Source of the DNA: an uncultured delta proteobacterium
GTDB taxonomy: Bacteria; Desulfobacterota; Desulfuromonadia; Desulfuromonadales; BM103
NCBI GenBank assembly: GCA_963715335.1
Contig: CAVQRZ010000012.1
Coordinates: 1 to 64,000, forward strand
Direction: 5' to 3'
DNA: 64,000 nt
Positions 37,987 through 47,754 of this stretch are shown here, piece after piece. The position numbers and the translations under genes were made by a program. Under the pieces are notes generated by a model. It saw nothing but the letters and a program-made list of their open reading frames with translations, was not told the DNA's origin and searched no databases. Positions within the stretch are counted from its first letter, which is position 1. Each line of letters starts with the position of its first letter.

Positions 37987-39054
37987 TCACTGACGTTTCT
38001 TCGGCAGATAAGGTTCAAAGGCCTTTTTGTCGAGCGCGCAGCGGTAGGCTTCTTCGCCACTGATGTGCTTGGCCTTGAGGAGTTCAAGAATATGCTGGTC
38101 CATCAGCTGCATGCCGTCACCCTTGGCGGTTTGCATGATCGTCGGGACCTGGAAGGTTTTGCCTTCGCGGATCAGGTTGGCGACAGCCGCATTGCAGATC
38201 AGGATCTCCAGGGCGGCAACGCGGCCATTGCCGTCGGCCTTGCGCAGCAGCTGCTGGCAAACAACGCCCTTGAGGCTTTCCCCGAGCATGGTGCGCACCT
38301 GCTCCTGGGTATCCTTGGGGAAGGCATCGATGATCCGGTCGATGGTTTTCGGTGCCGAATTGGTGTGCAGGGTCCCGAACACCAGGTGTCCGGTTTCCGC
38401 GGCGGTCAGCGCCAGTGAGATCGTCTCCAGGTCTCGCATCTCGCCGACCAGGATGACGTCCGGATCCTCGCGCAGGGCGGCGCGCAGGGCGTTCGCAAAA
38501 GAGTGGGAATGCTGGCCGATCTGGCGCTGGTTCAAAAGAGAGAGCTGGTTCTCATGAATAAACTCGAGCGGGTCCTCGAGGGTCAGGATGTGCTCGCGGC
38601 GGGTACTGTTGATCAGGTCGATCATCGCGGCAAGGGTTGTAGACTTACCGCTCCCGGTCGGTCCGGTGACCAAGACCAACCCCTTTTTCAGCATGGTCAG
38701 CTTACGAATCCCTTCCGGCAGACCGAGCTGATCAGCGGTCAGAACCTTACTCGGAATAATCCGGAAAACAGCAGCGACTCCCCGATGGGTCTCCATCAGG
38801 TTGCCGCGAAAACGGGCTACTTCGGGCAGGGCGTAGGCAAAATCCAGATCATGGGTTGCCTCGAACGCCTCGTGCTGCTCCCTGGTCAGAATCTCAAACA
38901 GCAAGCCACGGGCCTGCTGATCGGACAGGGGAGGATAATTGAGCTTCTCCATCACGCCGTTCAAGCGGAACAGGGGCGGCGCACCGGTAGAGATATGCAG
39001 GTCGCTTGCGCCCTGTTGCTTCATCATTTTGAACAGCGAGTCAATTTTGGCCAT
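37987..39054 (-). CDS. pilT: Type IV pilus retraction ATPase
   Basis: ASDLH, GPTGSGKSTT, EDPLE, LREDPDVILVGEMRD, AETGHLVFGTLH, NLIRE, GMQ. Confidence 0.95.
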   Translation of the reverse strand: MAKIDSLFKMMKQQGASDLHISTGAPPLFRLNGVMEKLNYPPLSDQQARGLLFEILTREQHEAFEATHDLDFAYALPEVARFRGNLMETHRGVAAVFRIIPSKVLTADQLGLPEGIRKLTMLKKGLVLVTGPTGSGKSTTLAAMIDLINSTRREHILTLEDPLEFIHENQLSLLNQRQIGQHSHSFANALRAALREDPDVILVGEMRDLETISLALTAAETGHLVFGTLHTNSAPKTIDRIIDAFPKDTQEQVRTMLGESLKGVVCQQLLRKADGNGRVAALEILICNAAVANLIREGKTFQVPTIMQTAKGDGMQLMDQHILELLKAKHISGEEAYRCALDKKAFEPYLPKKRQ

Positions 39055-39242
39055 CGGCGCTCTCGAAAGTCATAATTTTCCAGATTAATCTACAGAGTAG
39101 ACTGCCGATCATTCTTGCAGATGGCCATTTGAAAAGTCAAGTTGATTGCCGACCCCGGGTGGGCTGGATTCAAACTTGATAACCGCGGTAACATTGTGGT
39201 ATCAAGCTCGCCTTGTACAAACATGAAACAATGGAGATGCCA

Positions 39243-40220
39243 ATGATGAGTAAAGCCCTGGGGCTCCTCTCCGGAGGACTTGACAGCAGTCTGGCAGCCT
39301 TGTGCCTGAAACGCCAGGGGATCGAGGTCACCGGGGTTGCCTTCGTCACGCCGTTCTTCAGCAGCAGCAAGGCTGAACAGGCGTCCCGCATGATGGAGAT
39401 CCCGTTGATCATCAAGAACATCAGCGATGTCCACCTGGACATGGTGAAAAGCCCGCATTACGGCTACGGCAAAAACATGAACCCCTGCATCGACTGCCAC
39501 GCCATGATGTTTCGCCTGGCCGGCGAAATCATGGTTGAACGCGGCTTCGACTTTCTCTTCTCCGGCGAGGTCCTCGGCCAGCGCCCGATGAGCCAGAACG
39601 CCAACGCACTCCGCTCGGTTGCCAACTACTCGGGCCACCCGGAGCGGATTCTCAGACCACTCAGCGCCAAAATCCTGCCGGTCACACCCATGGAAGAGAA
39701 AGGTCTGGTCGACCGCGAACAACTGCTCGATATCCAGGGCCGCTCCCGGAAACGCCAGGAAGCCTTGGCAAAGGAATGGCAACTGACTGATTTTCCTTCC
39801 TCGGGAGGGGGCTGCCTACTGACTGAAATTCACTTCTCCGACCGCTTGCGTGATCTTTTCGACCACCAACCGGAATGTACGGTCAACGACGTTGAACTGC
39901 TCAAGGTTGGCCGGCAGTTCCGACTCTCGGAACGTGCCAAGCTGACCCTCGGCAGGCACCAGAGTGACAACGAGGCGATCCGGACTGTCGCAAATGAGAG
40001 CCATATACTGTTGCGCACCCTCGGCGTCACGGGCCCCCTCGGTCTGGTTTCCGGACTTCCGGAAGAAGAAGACCTGCGGACCGCCGGAGCTATTGTCGCC
40101 TCTTACAGCAAAGGCAAAGATCAGCCTGAGATTGAGGTCCTGGTAGAAACGCCGGGAGACGAACGGCGCTTCAGCGTGACCCCGATGGCAAGAGAAAAGT
40201 CACAAAAGTTGATTGTCTGA
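39243..40220 (+). CDS. PP-loop tRNA thiolase-like protein (ThiI/MnmA-related) with DUF814-like C-terminus
   Basis: LSGGLDS, NPCIDCH, GEVLGQRPMSQ, LRPLSAK, GGCLLT, GRQFRL. Confidence 0.82.
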   Translation: MMSKALGLLSGGLDSSLAALCLKRQGIEVTGVAFVTPFFSSSKAEQASRMMEIPLIIKNISDVHLDMVKSPHYGYGKNMNPCIDCHAMMFRLAGEIMVERGFDFLFSGEVLGQRPMSQNANALRSVANYSGHPERILRPLSAKILPVTPMEEKGLVDREQLLDIQGRSRKRQEALAKEWQLTDFPSSGGGCLLTEIHFSDRLRDLFDHQPECTVNDVELLKVGRQFRLSERAKLTLGRHQSDNEAIRTVANESHILLRTLGVTGPLGLVSGLPEEEDLRTAGAIVASYSKGKDQPEIEVLVETPGDERRFSVTPMAREKSQKLIV

Positions 40221-40354
40221 TTTTATGAGGGATGAGTGTCCTGCCTTTGCAATAGAATTGTGGAGGTTCTCTCTAACGAACCTAATTGAACAACAAGATA
40301 AACCGGCGGGATGAAATCCACCGATTTTGTTTCCAACCCTGATGTATAATCAAT

Positions 40355-40387
40355 AAAAAAGCCCCCCGGAAAACCGGGGGGCTTTTT
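40355..40387. terminator. Bidirectional intrinsic terminator
   Basis: AAAAAA-GCCCCCCGG-aaaa-CCGGGGGGC-TTTTT between convergent genes. Confidence 0.9.
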
Positions 40388-40411
40388 GCATCAGGATCAG
40401 GCGATCGGACG

Positions 40412-42091
<1,680 letters not shown>

Positions 42092-42104
42092 TCAGGGTAA
42101 TGAT

Positions 42105-42392
42105 TTATTCGACAACGCCGAGGACGTCGTCCTCACGCATCATCAGGTATTCCTTGCCATCGAGCTTGACGTCGGTGCCGGCATACTTGCCGAACAGCAC
42201 CTTATCGCCAGCCTTGACATCCAGTGGCAAAACCTTGCCATCTTCGGTTACCTTGCCCTTGCCAACGGCAACGACTTTTCCTTGCTGTGGCTTCTCCTTA
42301 GCGGAATCGGGAATGATGATACCGGCAGCGGTTGTTGTCTCCTCTTCGAGGCGCTCAACAATGATCCGGTCGTGCAGGGGTCTGATGTTCAT
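42105..42392 (-). CDS. groS: Co-chaperonin GroES
   Basis: [35 protein letters not shown] 42392 with RBS AAGGAG. Confidence 0.98.
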   Translation of the reverse strand: MNIRPLHDRIIVERLEEETTTAAGIIIPDSAKEKPQQGKVVAVGKGKVTEDGKVLPLDVKAGDKVLFGKYAGTDVKLDGKEYLMMREDDVLGVVE

Positions 42393-42469
42393 AACTGTGT
42401 TCTCCTTTCCTGACAATATTGAATTTAAAGTTTCTCGTTTTCGCTGAGATAACTTGCGAGGCTGACTTG

Positions 42470-42496
42470 TTAGCACTCTAAGCTTGCGAGTGCTAA
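42470..42496. promoter_or_regulatory. CIRCE element (HrcA operator)
   Basis: Exact TTAGCACTC-N9-GAGTGCTAA, downstream of a minus-strand TTGACA-16 nt-TATATT promoter (42535-42508). Confidence 0.97.
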
Positions 42497-42715
42497 AAGC
42501 AGGCATAAATATAATCAGCCTCTCGGGATTGTCAAGGGATTTCCAGAAAAAAAATCAGAATATAACGGGAGCGTCCGTGGGTAGGGAGGAAAGTCGAAGA
42601 CCAGTGGTCAAAACGTGACATTTGCCGCTCCGCAGAGCCCCGACAGGCTCTGCGGCAAACGTTGTCGAGAGACTCGGCTAGCTTGATGCATTGCGTTGCG
42701 GGCCCCTGTCCGGCA

Positions 42716-43672
42716 TCAGGCAACCAAAGCGCCTCCGCATGAGGAGCCGCAACCAGCCGTACAGCCAAAACAGTGCTCTCCCGTGACTATAGCCCGGCTC
42801 TCCAGGTCGGCGGGGTCAAGCTCGTCGATGTGGCGTGGCAGGCCGCCGGCAAGCGACAGGCCGAGGACGCTGTTGAAGTCACAATCGGCAAGGGTCCCGT
42901 CCCAGGCGATACAAATCTGGTGACGGCACATCAAGCCGTCTATGGTTGACCGGTTAAAACTGTCTTTGAGAAGGTGCTCGTAAACCTCGGCCTGGCCATC
43001 CCGCTTCAGGTCGCTGAGGAAACGCCCCATCGGCATATTGGTAATTGTCAGCAGGCGGGAAAATTCGACCTCGAACCGCTCTTTGAGCTCCCGCCGGTAA
43101 GCCTCCTCCAGCGTTGACTGGTCGGGGGGCAGAAAAGCCCCGCCGGGATTGTAAACCAGGCTCAGTGGCAACCTTTCCTGACGACCGTAGCCGAGAGTAT
43201 TCAGCCGGCGCAAGGCCGCAACGCTGCGCTTGTACACCCCGCTACCGCGCTGTTTGTCGACGTTGTCGTCCAGATAGCATGGAAGGGACGCAACCAGATG
43301 GACGCCCCGGTCCGCCAGGAACTCCGGGGTATCGCCCTGCCCGGCTTCGAAAAAGACCGTCAGGTTGGTCCGGACCTGCACCTGGTGTCCCTGGCCTAGC
43401 AGGGCATCGATCAGAGCCCTGAAATGGGGGTTGAGTTCAGGAGCGCCACCGGTCAGGTCAACCCTGGCTTCTGGCAGGTTTTTGGCCAGTCGCAGGACAC
43501 TCTGCACGGTTTCCCAGGTCATATTTTCGGTACGCAGTGGAGAGGCCTCCACATGGCAGTGTCGACAGCTCAGATTGCACAACAGGCCAAGATTGACCTG
43601 GATGGTCTGGACCGCGGCACTCTCAAGGCCAGCGCCGAGCACATCGCGCACGGCCTGATCAAAATTATTCAT
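42716..43672 (-). CDS. arsS: Arsenosugar-biosynthesis-type radical SAM protein (ArsS/DUF3641 family)
   Basis: QVNLG..CNLSCRHCHV.ASP, DLTGGAPE, SLPCY, QRG.GV, CDFN, HCFGCTAGCGSSCGG. Confidence 0.85.
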   Translation of the reverse strand: MNNFDQAVRDVLGAGLESAAVQTIQVNLGLLCNLSCRHCHVEASPLRTENMTWETVQSVLRLAKNLPEARVDLTGGAPELNPHFRALIDALLGQGHQVQVRTNLTVFFEAGQGDTPEFLADRGVHLVASLPCYLDDNVDKQRGSGVYKRSVAALRRLNTLGYGRQERLPLSLVYNPGGAFLPPDQSTLEEAYRRELKERFEVEFSRLLTITNMPMGRFLSDLKRDGQAEVYEHLLKDSFNRSTIDGLMCRHQICIAWDGTLADCDFNSVLGLSLAGGLPRHIDELDPADLESRAIVTGEHCFGCTAGCGSSCGGALVA

Positions 43673-43986
43673 ATAAGCTCCAGCAGAAATTACTATAGAC
43701 AAGATCAATATAATCCATTTGCACCCCGCAGGTAAATCTCCAGCAGCCGGCAAGATCGCCTTACCCTGGGAGACAGAAGAGAACAGCCGTTCAGCTGTGC
43801 TGATGGTCTGGACTCTATTGGATACTGAACACTGGATTCACGGCATCATCAATCTGACAACGACCAACAGACTCCACGGCAAATGGCTGGGAGGCCAACC
43901 TTGGAGGGCTCAAACGGACAACGTCTGGCCGTAGCATTAACTACAGCCAGACATTCTCGGACCGAACATGATGACTGGAATCAAAT

Positions 43987-46080
43987 TCAGCTTCGCTTGA
44001 CAAGAAGCTTTTCGCCGACGGCTGAATTCACGACCTCCTTGAGTGCGGCAACAATCCGTTGATCATAGGCCCCATCAGCTAATTCAAGAATCGTCGTGAT
44101 CTCGTCTACCGAACGGGCAGCGCGATAGGCCCGCGGCTCAGCCATGGCACAGAAGCTGTTGACGACCGCAAGGACGCGTGCCGGCAGAGAGATCTCATCA
44201 CCCTGCAAGCCCTTCGGATAACCCCTGCCATCAAGGGTCTCATTCATCTGGCAGACAGCCTCGTAAACAGGCAGGCCAAAATCTATACCCTGCAGGACCT
44301 TGGCGGCATGTTCGACGTGCTGCTCCATATTCGCCTTCTCTTCGGCAGTCAGAGGCTCTGCCTTGAAAAGCAGTTCACGGTCGACGAACAGCTTGCCGAT
44401 CTGGGACAGGTTGGCGGCAGTCTCGACAGTGGTAACATCAATATCGCTGGCGTTCATGGCCTTGGCGACTTCGACACCAAGCCTGCCCATTAAACGCGAA
44501 TGCCCGGCCAGGTAGGGATCGGTCAATTCAATGGCCCGCACCAGGGCTTCCAAAGATTTTGCTGTCGCCTGCTCCTGGCGTTTCTGCACTTCAATGATCT
44601 CGGTTACATCCCGGATGACCGAAACGATGCCGATGATCTTGCCATTCGCATCTTTCAGCCCCGACTTCGATATCTGCAAATGATGCGGCTGTGATTGCAG
44701 GTAGACCAGCTCGTTCAGAGTGACCGTTTCCTTGCCAGTCAATAGCTGCTGATCCGAATGTTCCAGACGACGCGCTGTGTCGTAACCGAAGACAGCTTCA
44801 CTGTCGAGCCCGATCATCTCCTCCGGTTCTCTGCCCACGGCTGCGGCAAAGGCTGGATTAACATAGAGGTAGTGGCCTTGCAGGTCTTTCAGCGCAATGT
44901 AATCGGAGATCGTGTTGTTGATCTGGTCAAGCAGCTGCCGCTGTTTTTCAACTTCCTGGGCCAGCGCTTCAAAATGCCTTGCGCTCTTGCGTTCCTGGGA
45001 ACTGACCAGCAATGCCCAGAATGCTCCAAAGGCAACTCCGAACACGACCACCAGCAAGGTTGCGATGCTCATCATGGCTCTTTGCTGGCTGCGCAGATTC
45101 TCACGGGCGATGTCGTAATCCGACTCGACGACGACCCACCATCTTGGCCCCTCCGCCCGGCGTCCCAGCGAATAGACCTGCCGGTCATTGTTGAAGGCAG
45201 TCCTGACCGCAAAGGGGAGGTGGTCTTTCTGGTCGAGATCCAGAGGTTGCCTGATGTCCCGCAATTGCTCCGGTAGCCACGCGACGACTTCCTGGTAACC
45301 ATCAGCGGTTTTTTGCAGCAGGCGCGTCTGCTCACCCTTCTCCATGAGGCGGTTGCTGCCAATAGCCTTTAAATGCTCGCCGGTGATCCTGGTCAGGAGC
45401 AGTACCGCCACCGGGGTATGCTCCAGACCGCTTGCTTCAGGAGGAAAAATCGGCAGGTAGGCTTCCAGGACCAATCCCTGCTCGGAAGGCCGTAACGGCC
45501 CAAACTGCGGCTTTTGAGATTGCAGGACCTGTCTGACCATCTCCAACTGATCGCTCCGCATGGGCGTTGTCGCCGCATCAGTCGAGATAAAGACCGTGCC
45601 GTTCTGATTGACAACCCGGGCATCCCGGTAGTCGGAGATGCGGGTGAATTCAATCAGCAGGCTCTGCATCATCGGCAACTGGGCCGAGAGCTGGGCTATT
45701 TCATCCCTGACCTCCCCCTGCCCTGGCAGGGGGCCTGACACCAGCAGGGAGACATCGTCCTGGATCAGGTGGACTTCCGCCGCATAGAGTTTGTAGAGCT
45801 CCGAATTGATCACCCGGTTGGCCTGTTCGATGGCTGTTTCAAACAGTGCATCGATTACCTGCACCTGGGAAGCCGCCATGACTTCAAGCCGCTTCTGCAT
45901 ATTGGCTTCGAACTCCTGTGCCTTGCTTTTAAGCCCCCAGGCAACCCAGACGACAGCGGCAACCGCGACCAAGGCAATGCTGGCGAGACCGACCCAGAAC
46001 GCCTTTTTGCCCGTCTCGTAGTGGAGCCCTGGAATCTTTGCAGAATCAAAAATCGTCAGTTTCTTCTTGTTGGCCAGCAT
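43987..46080 (-). CDS. Membrane sensor (two TMs, periplasmic Cache-like domain) - PAS - degenerate HD-GYP protein
   Basis: DPYLAGHS, LSQIGK (normally HDIGK), QMNETLDGRGYP (normally HHE), VVNSF.AM..PRAYR. Confidence 0.85.
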   Translation of the reverse strand: MLANKKKLTIFDSAKIPGLHYETGKKAFWVGLASIALVAVAAVVWVAWGLKSKAQEFEANMQKRLEVMAASQVQVIDALFETAIEQANRVINSELYKLYAAEVHLIQDDVSLLVSGPLPGQGEVRDEIAQLSAQLPMMQSLLIEFTRISDYRDARVVNQNGTVFISTDAATTPMRSDQLEMVRQVLQSQKPQFGPLRPSEQGLVLEAYLPIFPPEASGLEHTPVAVLLLTRITGEHLKAIGSNRLMEKGEQTRLLQKTADGYQEVVAWLPEQLRDIRQPLDLDQKDHLPFAVRTAFNNDRQVYSLGRRAEGPRWWVVVESDYDIARENLRSQQRAMMSIATLLVVVFGVAFGAFWALLVSSQERKSARHFEALAQEVEKQRQLLDQINNTISDYIALKDLQGHYLYVNPAFAAAVGREPEEMIGLDSEAVFGYDTARRLEHSDQQLLTGKETVTLNELVYLQSQPHHLQISKSGLKDANGKIIGIVSVIRDVTEIIEVQKRQEQATAKSLEALVRAIELTDPYLAGHSRLMGRLGVEVAKAMNASDIDVTTVETAANLSQIGKLFVDRELLFKAEPLTAEEKANMEQHVEHAAKVLQGIDFGLPVYEAVCQMNETLDGRGYPKGLQGDEISLPARVLAVVNSFCAMAEPRAYRAARSVDEITTILELADGAYDQRIVAALKEVVNSAVGEKLLVKRS

Positions 46081-46150
46081 GGCTCTGCCTCTCATTTACC
46101 AGACTATCTTATTTTGTCTTTATCGTGCCACGCGCCTCGCACCTCTGCTC

Positions 46151-47590
46151 CTAGTACTTAACCTCCACCCGGTAGCTCAGCAAGCTTTCCCCCTTGGCGG
46201 GCACCTTGATCTGCCAGAGCGCCATATCAGCCGCGGCCTTTACGTGCTTGTGACTTTCCTGCTGCATCTCCCAGTCGCCCGGCACCGGCTCGGCGACGGT
46301 CACTGTCACCTCCTCGTCCTTGGCGTTCTTCAGCCTGATCTCGTAGGCGCTTTCGAAGCGGTAGTTGTAGCGGGAATCGCCGCCCAGCTTGCGGAAATCG
46401 GTCTGCTTGCGGTCGGCGGTGACGTCGAAGGCGTCGCCGAGCTTCAGGCGTACCGTTTCGTTCTCCGGGGTGTGGTCAATACGGTCTTCGCCGACAAACT
46501 GCGGGCGCCCCTGCTGGTCTTGCTTGTAGACCCGCACCACCCCTTTCGGCAAGGGCAGACCGAGGTTGTCCTGCTTGCGGTTGTCGAACTCGACGAACAC
46601 CCCGACCTTGAGCTTCTGGCCCAGGTCGGCCTGCCGCCCCTGGTAATAATAGGGGCTGCCCTGCAGGCGGAATTCCTTGCTGACGGTGACGCCGGAGGCG
46701 TTGAGCAAAGCGACCTGTTTGGTCTGGTTATCCCTGATGGTGGTCGGCCGCGGCAGGGTATAGAGGTGATACTCGAAGAGACTCTCTTCACTCATCTGCG
46801 GCGCACCCTCCTTGACCATGGCAGAAGCCATCACCACATCCGCGCGGAAGCGCATCTCCTCGCGCACCCGATTGACATCGCCGGCCACCAGCTGCAGCAG
46901 GGCGTTGCGATAGGTTGCGCCGCTCCGGTTGGTCAGGGTGACCCAGCCGGAGAGGTCAAGGGCCGTATCCTCCGGGTTGAGTTCGGCGACGTAATCAGCG
47001 CGCCAGCCAAGCCCGCCGGTCAGGTAGCTGAGCTCCGTGGTCTGCGACCCACCCTTGGCATTTTCGAGGGAGACGACCAGGGTCGGACGGTCACGCAGGT
47101 TGTTCGGCACATCGGGGAACACCAGGCGGCCCGGCACGCCGGTCTCGATCCGGTCGCCAATCTGCAGTACGACCCCGTCATTGGCGGCGAGGACACGGGC
47201 GGTTTCAAACCGGTCCTCGCCGGTCTCCGGGTGGCTACGCACCAGCTGCACATCCCTGCCGACGTACTTTTCCAGCAGCTTGCGCGGGGTCAACAGATCG
47301 AAATCGAAGTTCTGTTCGAGGATCGTCAATCCACCGGCTTGGGTCAGGCTGCGCAACAGCGCCGTCTCCGGACGAATCCCGGCACTCACCTCGCGCAGCG
47401 CAAGATCAACGCTGCCCGCCGGCAGAGTTACCTGGCGCTGGTCACGCACCAGCGCCAGGTCCTCGTTGTAAATGGTCACCGCCACTTCCTGTTGATCGTC
47501 CAGCGTGCTGACAATTTCAGCTGCCCCGCAAGTTACTGCAATAAACAACAAGACCGTAACGGCGAAAAATACGATTCGTTTATTTGTCAT
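46151..47590 (-). CDS. DUF4139 domain secreted protein
   Basis: Signal peptide; VTIYN.DLALVRD, EQNFDFDL, LSYLT.GL.WRADY, FEYHLY, GLPLPKG.VRVY. Confidence 0.85.
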   Translation of the reverse strand: MTNKRIVFFAVTVLLFIAVTCGAAEIVSTLDDQQEVAVTIYNEDLALVRDQRQVTLPAGSVDLALREVSAGIRPETALLRSLTQAGGLTILEQNFDFDLLTPRKLLEKYVGRDVQLVRSHPETGEDRFETARVLAANDGVVLQIGDRIETGVPGRLVFPDVPNNLRDRPTLVVSLENAKGGSQTTELSYLTGGLGWRADYVAELNPEDTALDLSGWVTLTNRSGATYRNALLQLVAGDVNRVREEMRFRADVVMASAMVKEGAPQMSEESLFEYHLYTLPRPTTIRDNQTKQVALLNASGVTVSKEFRLQGSPYYYQGRQADLGQKLKVGVFVEFDNRKQDNLGLPLPKGVVRVYKQDQQGRPQFVGEDRIDHTPENETVRLKLGDAFDVTADRKQTDFRKLGGDSRYNYRFESAYEIRLKNAKDEEVTVTVAEPVPGDWEMQQESHKHVKAAADMALWQIKVPAKGESLLSYRVEVKY

Positions 47591-47626
47591 GATATCCCCT
47601 CTTGAACACTCTGCTTTCTTTGTATA

Positions 47627-47707
47627 GCCACCAAGACACCAAGGCACTAAGATTATCTTTGAGCTGTGTATGGTTTTGTTCTCTTAGTGCCTTGGTGTCT
47701 CTGTGGC
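47627..47707. repeat. Palindromic element of nested 8-9-mers (same family as 9014-9131)
   Basis: GCCACCAAG-ACACCAAG-GCACTAAG ... CTTAGTGC-CTTGGTGT-CTCTGTGGC. Confidence 0.8.
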
Positions 47708-47754
47708 AGAGTAATGATTAACAGATTTTAGAAGGATTGCCAGTGACCTGATGC

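Noticed and set aside
43923..43952. Hairpin GTCTGGCCGTAG/CTACAGCCAGAC as a REP
   Set aside because: Single copy in the window; may simply be a terminator or stability hairpin after the HD-GYP gene.
46067..47605. Long antisense ORFs (512 aa here; also 3569-4660, 6737-7909, 2405-3283)
   Set aside because: Shadow ORFs opposite well-supported genes in GC-rich DNA; no motifs or RBS.
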